Positions 18,980 to 27,844 of a stretch of DNA of 64,000 bases are shown piece after piece; position 1 is the first letter of the stretch, and each line of letters begins with the position of its first letter. The notes under the pieces were generated by a model. It had not been told where the DNA came from, made no database searches, and was given only the letters and a program-made list of their open reading frames with translations. Location of the stretch: NCBI GenBank assembly GCA_964501365.1, contig CAZCST010000014.1, positions 123,602 to 187,601 on the forward strand, written 5' to 3'. The position numbers and the translations under genes were made by a program. Origin of the DNA: an uncultured Phycisphaera sp. GTDB taxonomy: Bacteria > Planctomycetota > Phycisphaerae > UBA1845.

Positions 18980-19996
18980 ATGATAAGCCGGACATTTGGC
19001 AGACCTCGCCCGCGTCATACGACATGGGCGGGGTCGTGCTTTTGGATCCTCTTGCTTTCACTTCGGACGCTCTCCGCACAGGAAGCGGGGCCCGCGAAAC
19101 CGGCACCTACGGACGAAGGATCGAATTCTTCCCAGCGACGGGAGTTTGCCCCCGGCGTCGTGATCGATTGGAAACAGAAGGCTGTTGAAGTCGATGCGCG
19201 GGTCGTATTGCGCGAGGGTCCGCTGGAACTCTTCGCCTGTAGTCCGCAGACCAAAGAGCACGAAAGCGTCATTGCCATTGTCGCGCGGCCGTTCCATCTT
19301 TTTCAGGCGATGGGTCTCGTTGGCCTCGAGACGGGCTCACCGCCGCGTTACGACGAAAAACTCGGTCGCTGGTTTCCGGCCTCAGGCGAGCCGTTGGACC
19401 TGCGAATCCGATGGCGGGATGGACACAAGGATCGTACGGCATCCCCGGCAGCATGGATGATCGAAAAGAAAACCGGCAAGGCGCCGGATTCGTTGCGCTG
19501 GGTCTTTGCCGGATCGCTGACGGGTGACGAGGGAGGATTCGCCGCTGACGGCGAAGGCACGGTGGCGTGCGTGGTGGATTTCGAGTCGGCCCTGATCGCA
19601 CAGTCCGTCAGGCATAGCGCGGATGACGCCGAGCTCTGGCTGAGTGCAAATCCCAAAGAAGTGCCTCCTGTCGGGACTCGATGCACCCTGATCGTTCGCA
19701 GTGCCTACCACCCGAAGCTCGAACTGGAAATCGAGTCAGCCGGGCGGTTTCGCTCCGGCGAAGAATCCTGGTCGATTGATCAAATCGGCGACCAACTCAG
19801 CCGCCAGCGCGACGATCGAACGCCATTTCTGGTGGTTTCATATCGTTCCGGGATGGATGAATCCGAGATCAAACGCGCAGTGGCAAACCTCGAAGGCGAG
19901 CTGCGTCGCAGAAACATCAACCCTGCGACATCCATGAAGTTGCGAACGGCTCCTTCCAGCCTCAGGGACGCCGCCCAACCAAAAGTGCGGGAATGA
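18980..19996 (+). CDS. Hypothetical secreted protein, last gene of the secretin operon (possibly YdjY-like)
   Basis: ORF 18953..19996. ATG at 18980 gives the signal peptide 'MISRTFGRPRPRHTTWAGSCFWILLLSLRTLSAQ'. 'ELFACSPQTKEHESVIAI' recalls the YdjY-type domain from memory only. Confidence 0.5.
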   Translation: MISRTFGRPRPRHTTWAGSCFWILLLSLRTLSAQEAGPAKPAPTDEGSNSSQRREFAPGVVIDWKQKAVEVDARVVLREGPLELFACSPQTKEHESVIAIVARPFHLFQAMGLVGLETGSPPRYDEKLGRWFPASGEPLDLRIRWRDGHKDRTASPAAWMIEKKTGKAPDSLRWVFAGSLTGDEGGFAADGEGTVACVVDFESALIAQSVRHSADDAELWLSANPKEVPPVGTRCTLIVRSAYHPKLELEIESAGRFRSGEESWSIDQIGDQLSRQRDDRTPFLVVSYRSGMDESEIKRAVANLEGELRRRNINPATSMKLRTAPSSLRDAAQPKVRE

Positions 19997-20004
19997 TTTT
20001 CTCG

Positions 20005-21432
20005 CTATCGGGCCCCCTCGGCGTCAACAAGTCCGTATCGCTTCATCTTCTTGTATAGCGTCGTGCGATTGATGACGAGCTGTTGTGCCGTCAATTGCCG
20101 GTTCCATCCATTGGCCCGAAGTGCCGCCTCCAGAATCTGCTTTTCCGGTTCCTCCAGCGCCTCGCGCAGCGGCATCGGCTTGTATGTTGAAGCCGGCTGA
20201 CCGGGGGACGCCGCCGCAGCCGCCAGCAGCTTCGGGGGCAGGTCGTCCACAGTGATGTGCCGACCCTTGCAGAGCACGACTCCGCGTTCGATCACGTTTT
20301 CCAGTTCGCGCACGTTTCCCGGCCACGAGTATGCCATGAGCACTTGCATCGCGTCCGGCTCAAAATCAGTGATCATCCGTGCCATGTCCGCCGAAAATCG
20401 ATTCAGGAAGTGCCGGGCCAGCAGGGGAACGTCTCCGACGCGGTCCGCCAGCGGCGGCATTTCGACGGTGACCACATTGACGCGGTAGTAGAGGTCTTCT
20501 CGGAAACGCCCGGCCTTCACTTCCGCGTCGAGGTTGCTGTTGGACGCCAGCACGACCCGTACGTCCACGGTCTCGGTCTTGTTGCTGCCTACCGGCTCAA
20601 ATTGGTGGGTCTGCAGCACGCGGAGCAGCTTGGTCTGCAACGCCGGTGATGCAGCGGAGATTTCGTCGAGGAACAGTGTTCCACCGTGTGCAGCCTTGAA
20701 CTTGCCCGCTTTGTTGGCGACCGCGCCGGTGAATGCTCCGCGCACATGTCCGAAAAGCTCGCTTTCCAGAAGCGTTTCCGGAAGTGCGCCGCAGCTCACC
20801 TCAACGAACGGCTTGTCACCCCGCCCGCTTCTCTGATGGATGACCTTGGCGATGAGGGACTTGCCTGTTCCTGAGGGCCCCTGCACCAGGACAGTCACCC
20901 GGGACGGCGCCACCGACTCCACCAGGTCGAACATCTTGAGCATCCGGTAATCGTGCCCGACCACGCTCTCAAGGCCATACCGCAAATCGAGCGTTTCCTT
21001 GAGAATTCGATTTTCACGCAGCAATGCCTGCTGGGCCACCGCCCGCTCAATGCATACCTTGAGCTCATCGTCGATGATGGGTTTGGTGAGATAGTCGTAG
21101 GCCCCCATCTTGATCGCTTCAACGGCCGATTCAATCGTGCCATACCCGGTCATCATCACAACAACCGTGTCGGGAAATCGCTTGCGCACGCAATGCAGAA
21201 GTTCGAACCCATTTCCGCCGGGCATATTGACATCGCACAAGATGAGGTCGATACCGCCGCGCTCAAGGATTTGCACGGCCTGCGGGAACGCAGCGGCGGT
21301 TTCCACGTCGTAGCGTTCCATCCTGAGAAACTCCCGCAGCGATTCGACGATGATCCGGTCGTCATCGACCACAAGCACCCGATCAGCGGCCCGGGTCGGA
21401 GAATTCTTTTTTTGGGATTGCACATCGAGCAT
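20005..21432 (-). CDS. Sigma-54-dependent response regulator (NtrC family bEBP)
   Basis: Receiver domain, then AAA+ with Walker A 'GPSGTGKS', 'ESELFGH' and the sigma-54 contact motif 'GAFTGA'. C-terminal Fis-type HTH 'TAQQLVINRTTLYKKMKRYGL'. Confidence 0.9.
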   Translation of the reverse strand: MLDVQSQKKNSPTRAADRVLVVDDDRIIVESLREFLRMERYDVETAAAFPQAVQILERGGIDLILCDVNMPGGNGFELLHCVRKRFPDTVVVMMTGYGTIESAVEAIKMGAYDYLTKPIIDDELKVCIERAVAQQALLRENRILKETLDLRYGLESVVGHDYRMLKMFDLVESVAPSRVTVLVQGPSGTGKSLIAKVIHQRSGRGDKPFVEVSCGALPETLLESELFGHVRGAFTGAVANKAGKFKAAHGGTLFLDEISAASPALQTKLLRVLQTHQFEPVGSNKTETVDVRVVLASNSNLDAEVKAGRFREDLYYRVNVVTVEMPPLADRVGDVPLLARHFLNRFSADMARMITDFEPDAMQVLMAYSWPGNVRELENVIERGVVLCKGRHITVDDLPPKLLAAAAASPGQPASTYKPMPLREALEEPEKQILEAALRANGWNRQLTAQQLVINRTTLYKKMKRYGLVDAEGAR

Positions 21433-21505
21433 GGCTTGTTTCTTCCTGTCCGAATTGTGGTTGCCCAGCCGTTGTCACTCTACGGCGAAGTCACTCTGTC
21501 TTGTT

Positions 21506-21578
21506 GTCATTCTGAGCGAAGCGAAGAATCTCAGCGTTTTTAGCGATCACAGATGCTTCGCTTTACTCAGCATATGAC
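21506..21578. repeat. Imperfect ~73-nt palindromic element between kinase and regulator genes
   Basis: Left arm GTCATTCTGAGCGAAGCGAAG (21506-21526) pairs with CTTCGCTTTACTCAGCATATGAC (21556-21578) as 5+5+8 bp with small bulges. Confidence 0.5.
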
Positions 21579-21604
21579 GAATCTAAACGTCATTGAAAAA
21601 CAAT

Positions 21605-22729
21605 TCACGAATGCGTAATTCGTTGCGGCGCCAGCAAACCCGTTACCGGAATCCGCACGGTAAACACGGCTCCACCGCTTTCCGCATTGGCCGCCGAAAT
21701 GGTTCCGTGCATGTCCTCGACGAATTCCTTGCAGATCGCCAAACCAAGCCCCGTTCCCTTGCCGGGCTGTTTTGTCGTGTAAAACGGTTCAAATACTTTC
21801 TCTACCGGGTCGGGCAAACCAACTCCCGTGTCCGTGACTCGAATCACAACGCAATCGTCAAACAGCCCGCTTGTGATGCTCAGCCGCCCTCCGTCCGGCA
21901 TCGCGTCGATCGCATTGCGCATCAGATTGCAGCAGACCTGATACAACCGCCCGCCGCGAACTTTGGGCATTTGATCACTTTGAAAATCAGCGGTGATGAT
22001 CACGCGACTCGCCTCGCTCGATGCCGAGCACGTTTTGATGGCCTGCTCGATGAGCTCGTTGATGCTTGCCTCTTCGAATCCGGCGTCAGAATTCCGGGAA
22101 AACTCCAGCAAATCGCCGATGATCCGGATCATCCGCATCAGCCCCGAACGCGATTCGGACAAGTAGGACGTCAGTCGCGACTCAGACCCATCGCCGGCCA
22201 CCCGCATGGCCAGGTTGATGTACCGCAGGATTCCATCAAGCGGATTGTTGAGTTCGTGTGCGACCCGCGCGGCTAGCTTGCCCAGCGATGTCAGACGCCG
22301 CGCGACATCGTGCTCGTCATTCCAGTCCGTGTTTCTCCCGCATTCAAGGTACAATATCACTGCGTTTTGTGCCGTATCGCCCTGCAATGGGGCACATCGG
22401 ATGCGCAGGCTCCGGGACGGGTCGGCAATCATGGGAGCCGTCCATTGCATCTCGCAGCGGCTCGAAAGGACTCTCGCCACGTTCACACGCCACTGGCTTT
22501 CCGTTGCAAATCGGGCGACGCCAAGCAGGGATTGCAAATCGGCGCCGTTGCCAAGCAGGTGATCGGCTTCGGCATTTCGATACAAAATGGCGCCCTGCCG
22601 GTCGGCCACAAGTACGCCCATACCGAGCCGGTCGAGAACGGCGGCCGCATCGATGCAGACAGGCATCGGCCTGGCCCCCTGTGTGGATAGTTGGTGCATG
22701 GCTGGTATGCCGTTGAGGCGACGCCGCAC
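21605..22729 (-). CDS. Sensor histidine kinase (PAS-like N-terminus, HisKA, HATPase_c)
   Basis: H-box 'VAHELNNPL', N-box 'CNLMRNAIDAM', G-boxes 'DTGVGL' and 'GKGTGLGLAI'. No TM helix is evident. The exact start is uncertain. Confidence 0.85.
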   Translation of the reverse strand: MRRRLNGIPAMHQLSTQGARPMPVCIDAAAVLDRLGMGVLVADRQGAILYRNAEADHLLGNGADLQSLLGVARFATESQWRVNVARVLSSRCEMQWTAPMIADPSRSLRIRCAPLQGDTAQNAVILYLECGRNTDWNDEHDVARRLTSLGKLAARVAHELNNPLDGILRYINLAMRVAGDGSESRLTSYLSESRSGLMRMIRIIGDLLEFSRNSDAGFEEASINELIEQAIKTCSASSEASRVIITADFQSDQMPKVRGGRLYQVCCNLMRNAIDAMPDGGRLSITSGLFDDCVVIRVTDTGVGLPDPVEKVFEPFYTTKQPGKGTGLGLAICKEFVEDMHGTISAANAESGGAVFTVRIPVTGLLAPQRITHS

Positions 22730-22912
22730 GTCGCACGTTGTTTCCGGGCAACTCCCGCGTTGCCTGAAATCATCATCGGTGAGTGAAGGAGCTGAGTGGA
22801 ATTAGCCCTTCCCTGCTACAACTTCGCACAATCGTGAGGATTCCCTTGTCTTGTTATGGGACAGGTCCAGTCGATTCTCATTGACTGTCCGCAAGCCGCC
22901 CTCGACAATCGA

Positions 22913-23467
22913 ATGGTGTTCGAATCCAAAACAACGCGGGTTGTCGTCTTGGCCATTACGGTTCTGCAGTTGGTTCCAGGATGTCGCACCAGTTTGGGAT
23001 CAAGGGCAATTCCAGGCCAACCGGAGATGATGATGGGCAAGACAGAGGTTACGCCGAATGAAGCCAAAAGTCTGCTGGAGGCAAATCAAGGGTACATCTA
23101 CCTTGACGTGCGAACTGCTGAGGAGTTTGAGGCGGGTCGCCCGCCGGGAGCCATGAACATCCCATTGGCGGAAATCGACCCGTCAACCGGGCGCATGGAG
23201 CTCAATCCCGGATTTCAGAATGACGTTGGGGCAAAAATCCCTCGGAATGCGAAATTGATCGTAGGGTGCAAATCCGGCGGCCGATCGGCCCGAGCCTGCG
23301 AAATGCTTCGCCAGGAGGGTTACACACATGTTCTCAACATGGTGGGGGGGTTCGGCGGGGTCGCCGGCCCGGGCGGAAAAATCGTGGAACCAGGCTGGTC
23401 AACTCTTGGGTATCCCGTGGAACACGGTCCGTCAAAGAAAGTACCTCCTGCATCCGTGCCCGGTTAA
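22913..23467 (+). CDS. Rhodanese-domain sulfurtransferase, probable lipoprotein
   Basis: ORF 22856..23467. ATG at 22913 gives 'MVFESKTTRVVVLAITVLQLVPGC' (lipobox-like). Active-site loop 'CKSGGRS'. Confidence 0.8.
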   Translation: MVFESKTTRVVVLAITVLQLVPGCRTSLGSRAIPGQPEMMMGKTEVTPNEAKSLLEANQGYIYLDVRTAEEFEAGRPPGAMNIPLAEIDPSTGRMELNPGFQNDVGAKIPRNAKLIVGCKSGGRSARACEMLRQEGYTHVLNMVGGFGGVAGPGGKIVEPGWSTLGYPVEHGPSKKVPPASVPG

Positions 23468-23827
23468 TTATTCTTCATCGCGGTGGACCGTCTTGGGCGA
23501 AAATGCGGGAAGGCAGACCGCGACATACTCCGCCCCGTTTGGGGTAGAATAGCGTACCCACTCGCCGGGCTGGGTCACGATGGCCTGACCGGGATGCACT
23601 TCGATCATTCCACCTTCAAATTCCACTTTCAACATGCCGCCAAGGACAAGAGTGTACTCGCAAAATTCCGGAGTCTGGCCAGGCTCCACCCAGCCGGGCG
23701 GGCTGGTCATTTTCGCGATGGATACGGATTCGTTAGCACTGTTGACGCGCCCGACCAACTCTTCGATTCGCTTGGGTTTGTTTCCCGCTGACTGGATGAT
23801 CGTAGGCTTGGGAATCAGTTTGGGCAT
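23468..23827 (-). CDS. Cupin-domain protein
   Basis: ORF 23468..23989. Plausible start 'MPKLIPK' at 23827. 'PGWVEPGQTPEFCEYTLVLGGMLKVEFEGGMIEVHPGQAIV' is cupin-barrel-like. Confidence 0.65.
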   Translation of the reverse strand: MPKLIPKPTIIQSAGNKPKRIEELVGRVNSANESVSIAKMTSPPGWVEPGQTPEFCEYTLVLGGMLKVEFEGGMIEVHPGQAIVTQPGEWVRYSTPNGAEYVAVCLPAFSPKTVHRDEE

Positions 23828-25077
23828 GGGCAGCCTTTCTTGTTCAATCGCATCAAGGCCGGTCCGAATGTCATCGCGCATGCAAGCACAATCAGCCCGG
23901 CAACTGCGAATGATAGCGAATAGGCCTGCAGACTGCCCAATGTTGGCGTTGCGACGCGATGAATGAATCCTCCGACCAATGGCCCGCACAGGAATCCTAG
24001 CGAACCCGCCATGTTAAAACCCGCAAACGCGGCCGCTCGCTGGTGGGGCGGGGCGAGGTCGCCGCACATTGCGAGATTAGGCGAGAAAAATGCGGCGCTG
24101 CAAACTCCTGAAACCAGCATTAGCAAGGGGAGCCAGGATTCCGACACAAGTCCATAGGCGGCGAACACCAGACCGAATACTGCATTGCCCCCAATCATCA
24201 GGCGGGCTCTGCCAAACCGGTCGGCGAGTCGCCCGGCGGGGTAACAGAGGAATGCAAACGGAAACAGAAATAATGCAAGCAAAGCGCCGCGCTGGGCCGG
24301 GGTGTAGCCATGTGCCTCGCCCAGAAAAAGCACGAAACTTGAGACGATCACGCCGACGCAAAAGCGATCCACAAACGAAAACGCGTAAGGGACGAGCAAA
24401 GCGCGGTGCGTTCGAAGCAAATCCGTGGTTTCCGAAAAACGCGTCGAACGGGCGCGTCCCGACGCTTCTCGAATCAAAGCAAAGGAAAGCAGCAATGCAA
24501 TGGCCACGCACATGACGCCGAGTCCAAAGACCATCATCGGCGCGTTTTGGCCGATTCGCCCTCCGAGTGGGGCGCCACAGGCCGTTCCGAAAATGAGCGA
24601 TGCGCCCATCATCCCCATCTGTCTTCCTTTTCGCTGAGGATCGGCCCAGTCTGCGGCGCACGCCATGATGGTTGAAATCGCAAGTACGTGAAAAACGCCT
24701 TCCAGGAATCGCAGGGCCATGAATACGGCAAAGGACTCAACGACTGGCATTAGGCCTAGGATGATCAAGTTGAAAATCAGCGCGACGATCAATATCGATT
24801 TGCGGGAAACTGCCCGGTCGGCAAGGCTGGCTGTGATCGGCGCAGTCAGAATTGCGCCGATCATGTTGATGGACATGAAGAGGTGAGCGGCAAACGTGCC
24901 TGCGCCGAACCGATCGGTAACGATTTCTTTGAGGACCGGAACCATCATGGTCACCGGCAACATCACAAAAAATAGTACGAAACAAAGGGCGACGCTAACC
25001 CGAGCCTGCACATGCGAAGCGGAGGTCGAGTGCGTGTCGGCATTTGGTGCCAATCCAGCGGATGAATCGCTCAACAT
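23815..25077 (-). CDS. MFS transporter
   Basis: 420 aa with about 12 hydrophobic helices. MFS-like loop motifs 'LADRAVSRKS' and 'GRLADRFGR'. Confidence 0.8.
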   Translation of the reverse strand: MLSDSSAGLAPNADTHSTSASHVQARVSVALCFVLFFVMLPVTMMVPVLKEIVTDRFGAGTFAAHLFMSINMIGAILTAPITASLADRAVSRKSILIVALIFNLIILGLMPVVESFAVFMALRFLEGVFHVLAISTIMACAADWADPQRKGRQMGMMGASLIFGTACGAPLGGRIGQNAPMMVFGLGVMCVAIALLLSFALIREASGRARSTRFSETTDLLRTHRALLVPYAFSFVDRFCVGVIVSSFVLFLGEAHGYTPAQRGALLALFLFPFAFLCYPAGRLADRFGRARLMIGGNAVFGLVFAAYGLVSESWLPLLMLVSGVCSAAFFSPNLAMCGDLAPPHQRAAAFAGFNMAGSLGFLCGPLVGGFIHRVATPTLGSLQAYSLSFAVAGLIVLACAMTFGPALMRLNKKGCPCPN

Positions 25078-25094
25078 CGAAGCGTGACCCTACT

Positions 25095-25128
25095 CCCTCT
25101 CCCCTTACCGCAAGCGTCGGGGTGAGGG
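25095..25128. repeat. GC-rich palindromic element, copy A (CCCTCTCCCC..GGGGTGAGGG)
   Basis: CCCTCTCCCC (25095-25104) and GGGGTGAGGG (25119-25128) are inverted repeats with one mismatch. Located 18 nt upstream of the MFS start. Related to the copies at 29723 and 32199. Confidence 0.5.
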
Positions 25129-25193
25129 CACCATCGCCCGAACCACCCTTCACCTACGCGCTCCCAACTTGGGGGAGGAGGACTCAGTCAAAG

Positions 25194-25559
25194 CTAGTGT
25201 TTATGAACCGGGCAACCCGCAGCGGCTGCCGCAGCACGAACCGACTCTGGTACCCGTGCCGGCTCCGCTCCGCCAAGATCGCCGTAAATCCGGTGGCTGG
25301 GCCGGGCCGACAAAATCTGGTCCTTGCCCCAGTTGGTCACGTTTTTGAATTGCGCCGAATTCGTAAATGCCTCAAACGCCGGCTTCGACGACCATTCGGA
25401 GAAAATCACATACGAACCTGCGTCGGACACATCGCGATACAAATGTGTTTTCACGTGGCCATCCATCGCCTGCATGACTTCCAGCACTTTCGCGAAAACC
25501 GCTTCAAAGTCTTTTCCGCGTCCGGGCAAAACCTGGTAATTCATCCCGACCGTCACCAT
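25194..25559 (-). CDS. Antibiotic-biosynthesis-monooxygenase (ABM/Dabb) domain protein
   Basis: ORF 25194..25748. ATG at 25559 gives 'MVTVGMNYQVLPGRGKDFEAVFAKVLE...YVIFSEWSSKPAFEAF', ABM-like. Confidence 0.7.
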   Translation of the reverse strand: MVTVGMNYQVLPGRGKDFEAVFAKVLEVMQAMDGHVKTHLYRDVSDAGSYVIFSEWSSKPAFEAFTNSAQFKNVTNWGKDQILSARPSHRIYGDLGGAEPARVPESVRAAAAAAGCPVHKH

Positions 25560-25691
25560 TGCGTTACTCCTGTTCATGAAGATACCCGGCGAACATGATA
25601 CACGAATGGGCTGTGGTAGGTAACATAGGTGCTTTCGACACCGCAAGAACTTCATGACGCCGGGCACTGGTATCGTTAGGAATTCGGGTGC

Positions 25692-25740
25692 CACTGGCAG
25701 CTGGCTGCCAGTGCAGACACGGGCGGACAAGCCGCCCGTG
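25692..25740. promoter_or_regulatory. Two back-to-back perfect 9-bp hairpins/palindromes in a divergent intergenic region
   Basis: CACTGGCAG-ctgg-CTGCCAGTG (25692-25713), then CACGGGCGG-acaag-CCGCCCGTG (25718-25740). Confidence 0.4.
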
Positions 25741-25874
25741 GCACCCAAACGATACCAGCACCGACTCTGGAGAAATCGGCCTGCACCCTTGCCCGTCCGC
25801 GCCGCGGCGCATATCGTTATCCAGTTGGCGCACCGGCCGCACGCCGGGAATACCCATTCTCAAGGAGGATAAAA

Positions 25875-26714
25875 ATGAAGACTTTTGCCCGTTATTCGTT
25901 GTTATTGGCTTGTTTGTCTGTTGCGTTTGCAGCCGGATGTCGAAACCGCCCCGGAAATGATGGCAACGGTAACGACAATGGAAACAACGGCGAAGTCCCA
26001 GCCGATGTGCAGAAGGCCGTCGATGACGTCGTTGCGCAACTCGAGTCCACTTCACAGTCCGTTGGCGGTGCGACCGACGCGCTCGTCAACGTGGATCAAG
26101 CAACCAGCGATACTTTGGGCAATTGCCCTCAAGTCGTGTTTGTGCGGCAAAATAACGTTACAACATTCGCGCTTACGTTTGTGGCCGGATGCTCGAGTGA
26201 CTATTACGACGAATCCGTCAGCGGCTCGATTTCCGCAGAATTTAACCGCAACACAGGTACGTTCACGGCGACGTTTAACGAGTTTACCGTGGGCGACCAG
26301 ACGACGGATGGAAGCCTGAACGTAAATCGCGTTGCGGCAGGGGACGTCCGGGACTGGACAGGGTCGATCAATGTTTCAACATCCGGTGTCGGTTCAGAGG
26401 CCGGCGATATCGCTTTTACGATTAACGCACTCTCCGACACACTGACAATCTCGTCGGCTTCGCTTGAGGTAACCGATGCTGACGGAGTGGCGCGAAGTGT
26501 GGATGTGAGCGCCCTCGTCATGCGGCCCGTTGCCAACAGCAGCTTCATCCCGGAGGCTGGCACCATTTCCTTTGAGGTACCCAACGATGCAAACACTGGC
26601 CCAGAAACCGTCACGGTCATCATCGAATTTGACTCCAATTCTCCGTTCGATCGCACTGTGACGTTGACCGTTGGGGAAAGTGTCTTCGCAAACTATCCCT
26701 TGGGAGCCTTTTGA
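25875..26714 (+). CDS. Hypothetical lipoprotein
   Basis: AAGGAGG RBS. Signal peptide 'MKTFARYSLLLACLSVAFAAGC' with a lipobox. Gly/Asn/Asp-rich linker. Confidence 0.7.
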   Translation: MKTFARYSLLLACLSVAFAAGCRNRPGNDGNGNDNGNNGEVPADVQKAVDDVVAQLESTSQSVGGATDALVNVDQATSDTLGNCPQVVFVRQNNVTTFALTFVAGCSSDYYDESVSGSISAEFNRNTGTFTATFNEFTVGDQTTDGSLNVNRVAAGDVRDWTGSINVSTSGVGSEAGDIAFTINALSDTLTISSASLEVTDADGVARSVDVSALVMRPVANSSFIPEAGTISFEVPNDANTGPETVTVIIEFDSNSPFDRTVTLTVGESVFANYPLGAF

Positions 26715-26749
26715 CGGCTTCGTAGTCGATAAATTGGCAGCATGGATCA

Positions 26750-26782
26750 GACCCCAAGCGCGGATGCCTTTGGGGTCTTTTT
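26750..26782 (+). terminator. Rho-independent terminator of the lipoprotein gene
   Basis: GACCCCAA (26750-26757) pairs with TTGGGGTC (26770-26777). TTTTT at 26778-26782. Confidence 0.7.
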
Positions 26783-26797
26783 CTGCCAATCTGGCAG
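26783..26797. promoter_or_regulatory. 15-bp palindrome CTGCCA-atc-TGGCAG (candidate operator)
   Basis: Same architecture as 30296-30310. Directly follows the terminator and lies upstream of the receiver-groESL unit. Confidence 0.35.
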
Positions 26798-26989
26798 CAG
26801 CCCTGCACCCATTTGCTGAAATGACAGGCAATTAGCGAATTCCGAACCCCCGCAGAACAATTCGTATCGTCCATAAGCAATTTATTTGCAACATGTTACG
26901 GGAATCGAAGGTGCCACATCAAACCATGTTCAACTGGCATCTCGGATGCAACGGGGATTCCAGGAGTGGCTGTAGGCTAAAGGTTCAAC

Positions 26990-27406
26990 GTGACACTGAC
27001 ACCCAACTTGATTCCCAGGCGACGAATCTTGTTCGCGTTCGGCGAGCACATGGTGGGTCCGCGCTGGCTGGGCTCGATTGACGCGGCTTTTGAACCGATC
27101 GGCCTGACGATTTGCCCCGCTCATTCGGGCCCGGAGACAATCCGGCGTGTTGAGGAGGGTGGGCTTTCGGCGGCGGTTGTCGTTGAGGACCAGCGTGCCA
27201 TCGACGGACTTTCGCTGTTGCGAATCATCCGATCGATCGATCGGGCCTTGCCATGCTGGCTGCTGACGCAGGACACGCGCCGTACGACTCTGGAGAGTGC
27301 GTTGGCCCTGCAAGTAACCAGTGTATTAGCTTCATCCATCGGCCCGGGTGAGTTGGCGGCCACGTTGTGCCGCAGGCTTCGCGGCGCCGATGGCGAACGG
27401 GATTGA
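26990..27406 (+). CDS. Atypical (pseudo-)receiver domain protein
   Basis: GTG start. CheY-like pattern: 'RRILFAFGE' (beta1), 'AAVVVEDQRAIDGLSLLRIIR' (beta3/alpha3), 'CWLLTQD' (beta4 Thr). The acidic pair and the conserved Lys look absent. Confidence 0.4.
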   Translation: MTLTPNLIPRRRILFAFGEHMVGPRWLGSIDAAFEPIGLTICPAHSGPETIRRVEEGGLSAAVVVEDQRAIDGLSLLRIIRSIDRALPCWLLTQDTRRTTLESALALQVTSVLASSIGPGELAATLCRRLRGADGERD

Positions 27407-27466
27407 TTTTTGATCTTTCAATAGGTTCTGAAACTTTTGATTTTTTGAATTGGAATGGAGACAAAC

Positions 27467-27763
27467 ATGGCAAAACTCAATATCAAGCCGTTGGGTGACA
27501 AGGTCATCGTCAAGCGCGTCGAGGCCGAGGAGCGCACCGCAGGGGGCATCGTGCTGCCCGATTCGGCAAAGGAAAAGCCCAAGCGCGGCGTCGTGCTTGC
27601 GGTCGGCAGCGGCAAGCTTCTGGAAGACGGCACCCGCAACGCCCTGCAAGTCAAGAAGGACGACGAAGTCCTTTTCACCAGCTACGCCGGAACGGAAGTC
27701 AAGATCAACGGCGAAGAATACATCGTGATGGACGAGTCGGACATTCTCGGCGTCATCGGCTGA
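27467..27763 (+). CDS. groES: Co-chaperonin GroES
   Basis: '[38 protein letters not shown]'. GGAG lies 6 nt upstream of the ATG at 27467. Confidence 0.95.
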   Translation: MAKLNIKPLGDKVIVKRVEAEERTAGGIVLPDSAKEKPKRGVVLAVGSGKLLEDGTRNALQVKKDDEVLFTSYAGTEVKINGEEYIVMDESDILGVIG

Positions 27764-27783
27764 CGCACAAACGGTAAAACGTA

Positions 27784-27844
27784 AAGTTCAAAGTTCGAAC
27801 ATCGTTTCGTTCTTTGAGCTTTGAACTTCGGATTTTGAACTTCG
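27784..27844. repeat. AAGTTC/GAACTT repeat array and 10-bp inverted repeat in the groES-groEL spacer
   Basis: AAGTTCAAAG (27784-27793) is a perfect inverted repeat of CTTTGAACTT (27819-27828). GTTCGAAC palindrome at 27793-27800. TTTGAACTTCG occurs directly repeated at 27820 and 27834. Confidence 0.45.

Noticed and set aside
23828-23989. Upstream extensions of the cupin ORF, and likewise of the ABM ORF at 25560..25748
   Set aside because: The extensions are Arg/Cys-rich, overlap neighbouring genes or intergenic DNA, and precede a well-placed Met that starts the recognisable domain.
27400-27466. Looked for a CIRCE (HrcA) operator or sigma-32 promoter upstream of groES
   Set aside because: No TTAGCACTC-N9-GAGTGCTAA-like inverted repeat or CTTGAA/CCCCAT pair is visible by eye. 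The absence is reported, not a feature.
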